From Candidatus Electrothrix yaqonensis (GTDB lineage Bacteria > Desulfobacterota > Desulfobulbia > Desulfobulbales > Desulfobulbaceae): DNA of 32,000 nt. Shown here one piece after another: positions 31,730 to 32,000 of this stretch. Position 1 is the stretch's first letter. The number at the start of each line of letters is the position of its first letter. The notes beneath the pieces were generated by a model. It had not been told where the DNA came from and searched no databases. It saw only the letters and a program-made list of their open reading frames with translations. A program made the translations under genes and the position numbers. The stretch is from assembly GCA_047651235.1 (NCBI GenBank), contig CP178758.1, positions 750,001 through 782,000 of the forward strand. Reading direction: 5' to 3'.

Positions 31730-32000
31730 TCACAAAGGCTGTGGTAATAATTTGCAATTCCGTTGTTTCTCATATGCGAAATCAATCGAAGCTTGCCTCT
31801 TTTCATGCCGTTGACAAAGCTGTCTTATAACTTCATCTTCGTTTACATCTCGACGTGGAAAATTGACTTGAGTAATGTTGTTATATCAGCGCAACTCAAT
31901 AACGGGACACCGACTTGATGGTATAATCGTTGCTCGACCATAAACAACATGGCCATCATGACCATAGTCATATGATGATGCCAAGCCAGCCATCCCCGAG
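31730..32000 (-). pseudogene. 3' end of another DDE transposase gene (IS701/IS4-like), frameshifted, running off the window
   Basis: The minus strand reads RGWLAWHHHMTMVMMAMLFMVEQRLYHQVGVPLLSCADITTLLKSIF, the W.HHH(I/M)T..M.A..F motif of IS701-type transposases. After a frame change near 31850 it reads PRRDVNEDEVIRQLCQRHEKRQASIDFAYEKQ...stop at 31730. Confidence 0.4.

Noticed and set aside
30954-31814. 286-aa plus-strand ORF across the IS5-family element
   Set aside because: It is antisense to both transposase ORFs, which carry clear DDE-family blocks. Its sequence is Arg/Ser/Phe-rich with no motif.

Overview
All calls come from reading the sequence and the ORF track. Family names are motif-based recollection, not database hits. 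The window is almost entirely + strand and comes from a Gram-negative bacterium (BamA, lipobox lipoprotein). The gene content is reminiscent of Desulfobacterota, but the taxon cannot be established here. The layout is as follows. (1) 39-4762 holds a compact four-gene operon: a periplasmic-binding-domain/vWA lipoprotein, an XpaC-like 2-TM protein, a paralogous binding protein and TelA. It runs straight into plsC and bamA. (2) 8.5-10.9 kb holds housekeeping-type genes (YkgJ Cys-cluster protein, HD hydrolase, HAD hydrolase) and ends in tRNA-Asp(GUC) with a strong terminator. (3) 10.9-12.4 kb is a visibly AT-richer segment with an orphan membrane protein and a degenerate minus-strand ORF. (4) 12.4-26.3 kb is one long chemosensory operon. 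It encodes a REC-PATAN-Zn ribbon-TPR-REC regulator, CheY, CheW, and a 1497-aa CheA with four Hpt domains (three are near-identical tandem repeats) plus a C-terminal REC. It continues with two further CheW-like proteins, a 1096-aa MCP with a ~600-aa periplasmic region, and an orphan type-I solute-binding protein. No CheR or CheB is present in the window. (5) 26.4-26.8 kb encodes a small eight-Cys 'two-CW' protein behind its own terminator and promoter. (6) 26.8-32.0 kb is an accessory junkyard. It contains an hsdM remnant, a truncated IS630 element, two identical 107-bp MITEs sharing that element's terminal repeat, a possible DUF3800 fragment, two VapBC-type cassettes and a truncated HigB-like toxin. 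It also contains a ~1 kb IS5-family element with clear inverted repeats and further transposase debris, interspersed with unexplained conserved repeats and GTAGG-initiated hairpins. The most promising uncharacterised candidates are the TelA/XpaC/vWA/binding-protein module and the atypical chemosensory system with its accessory parts.
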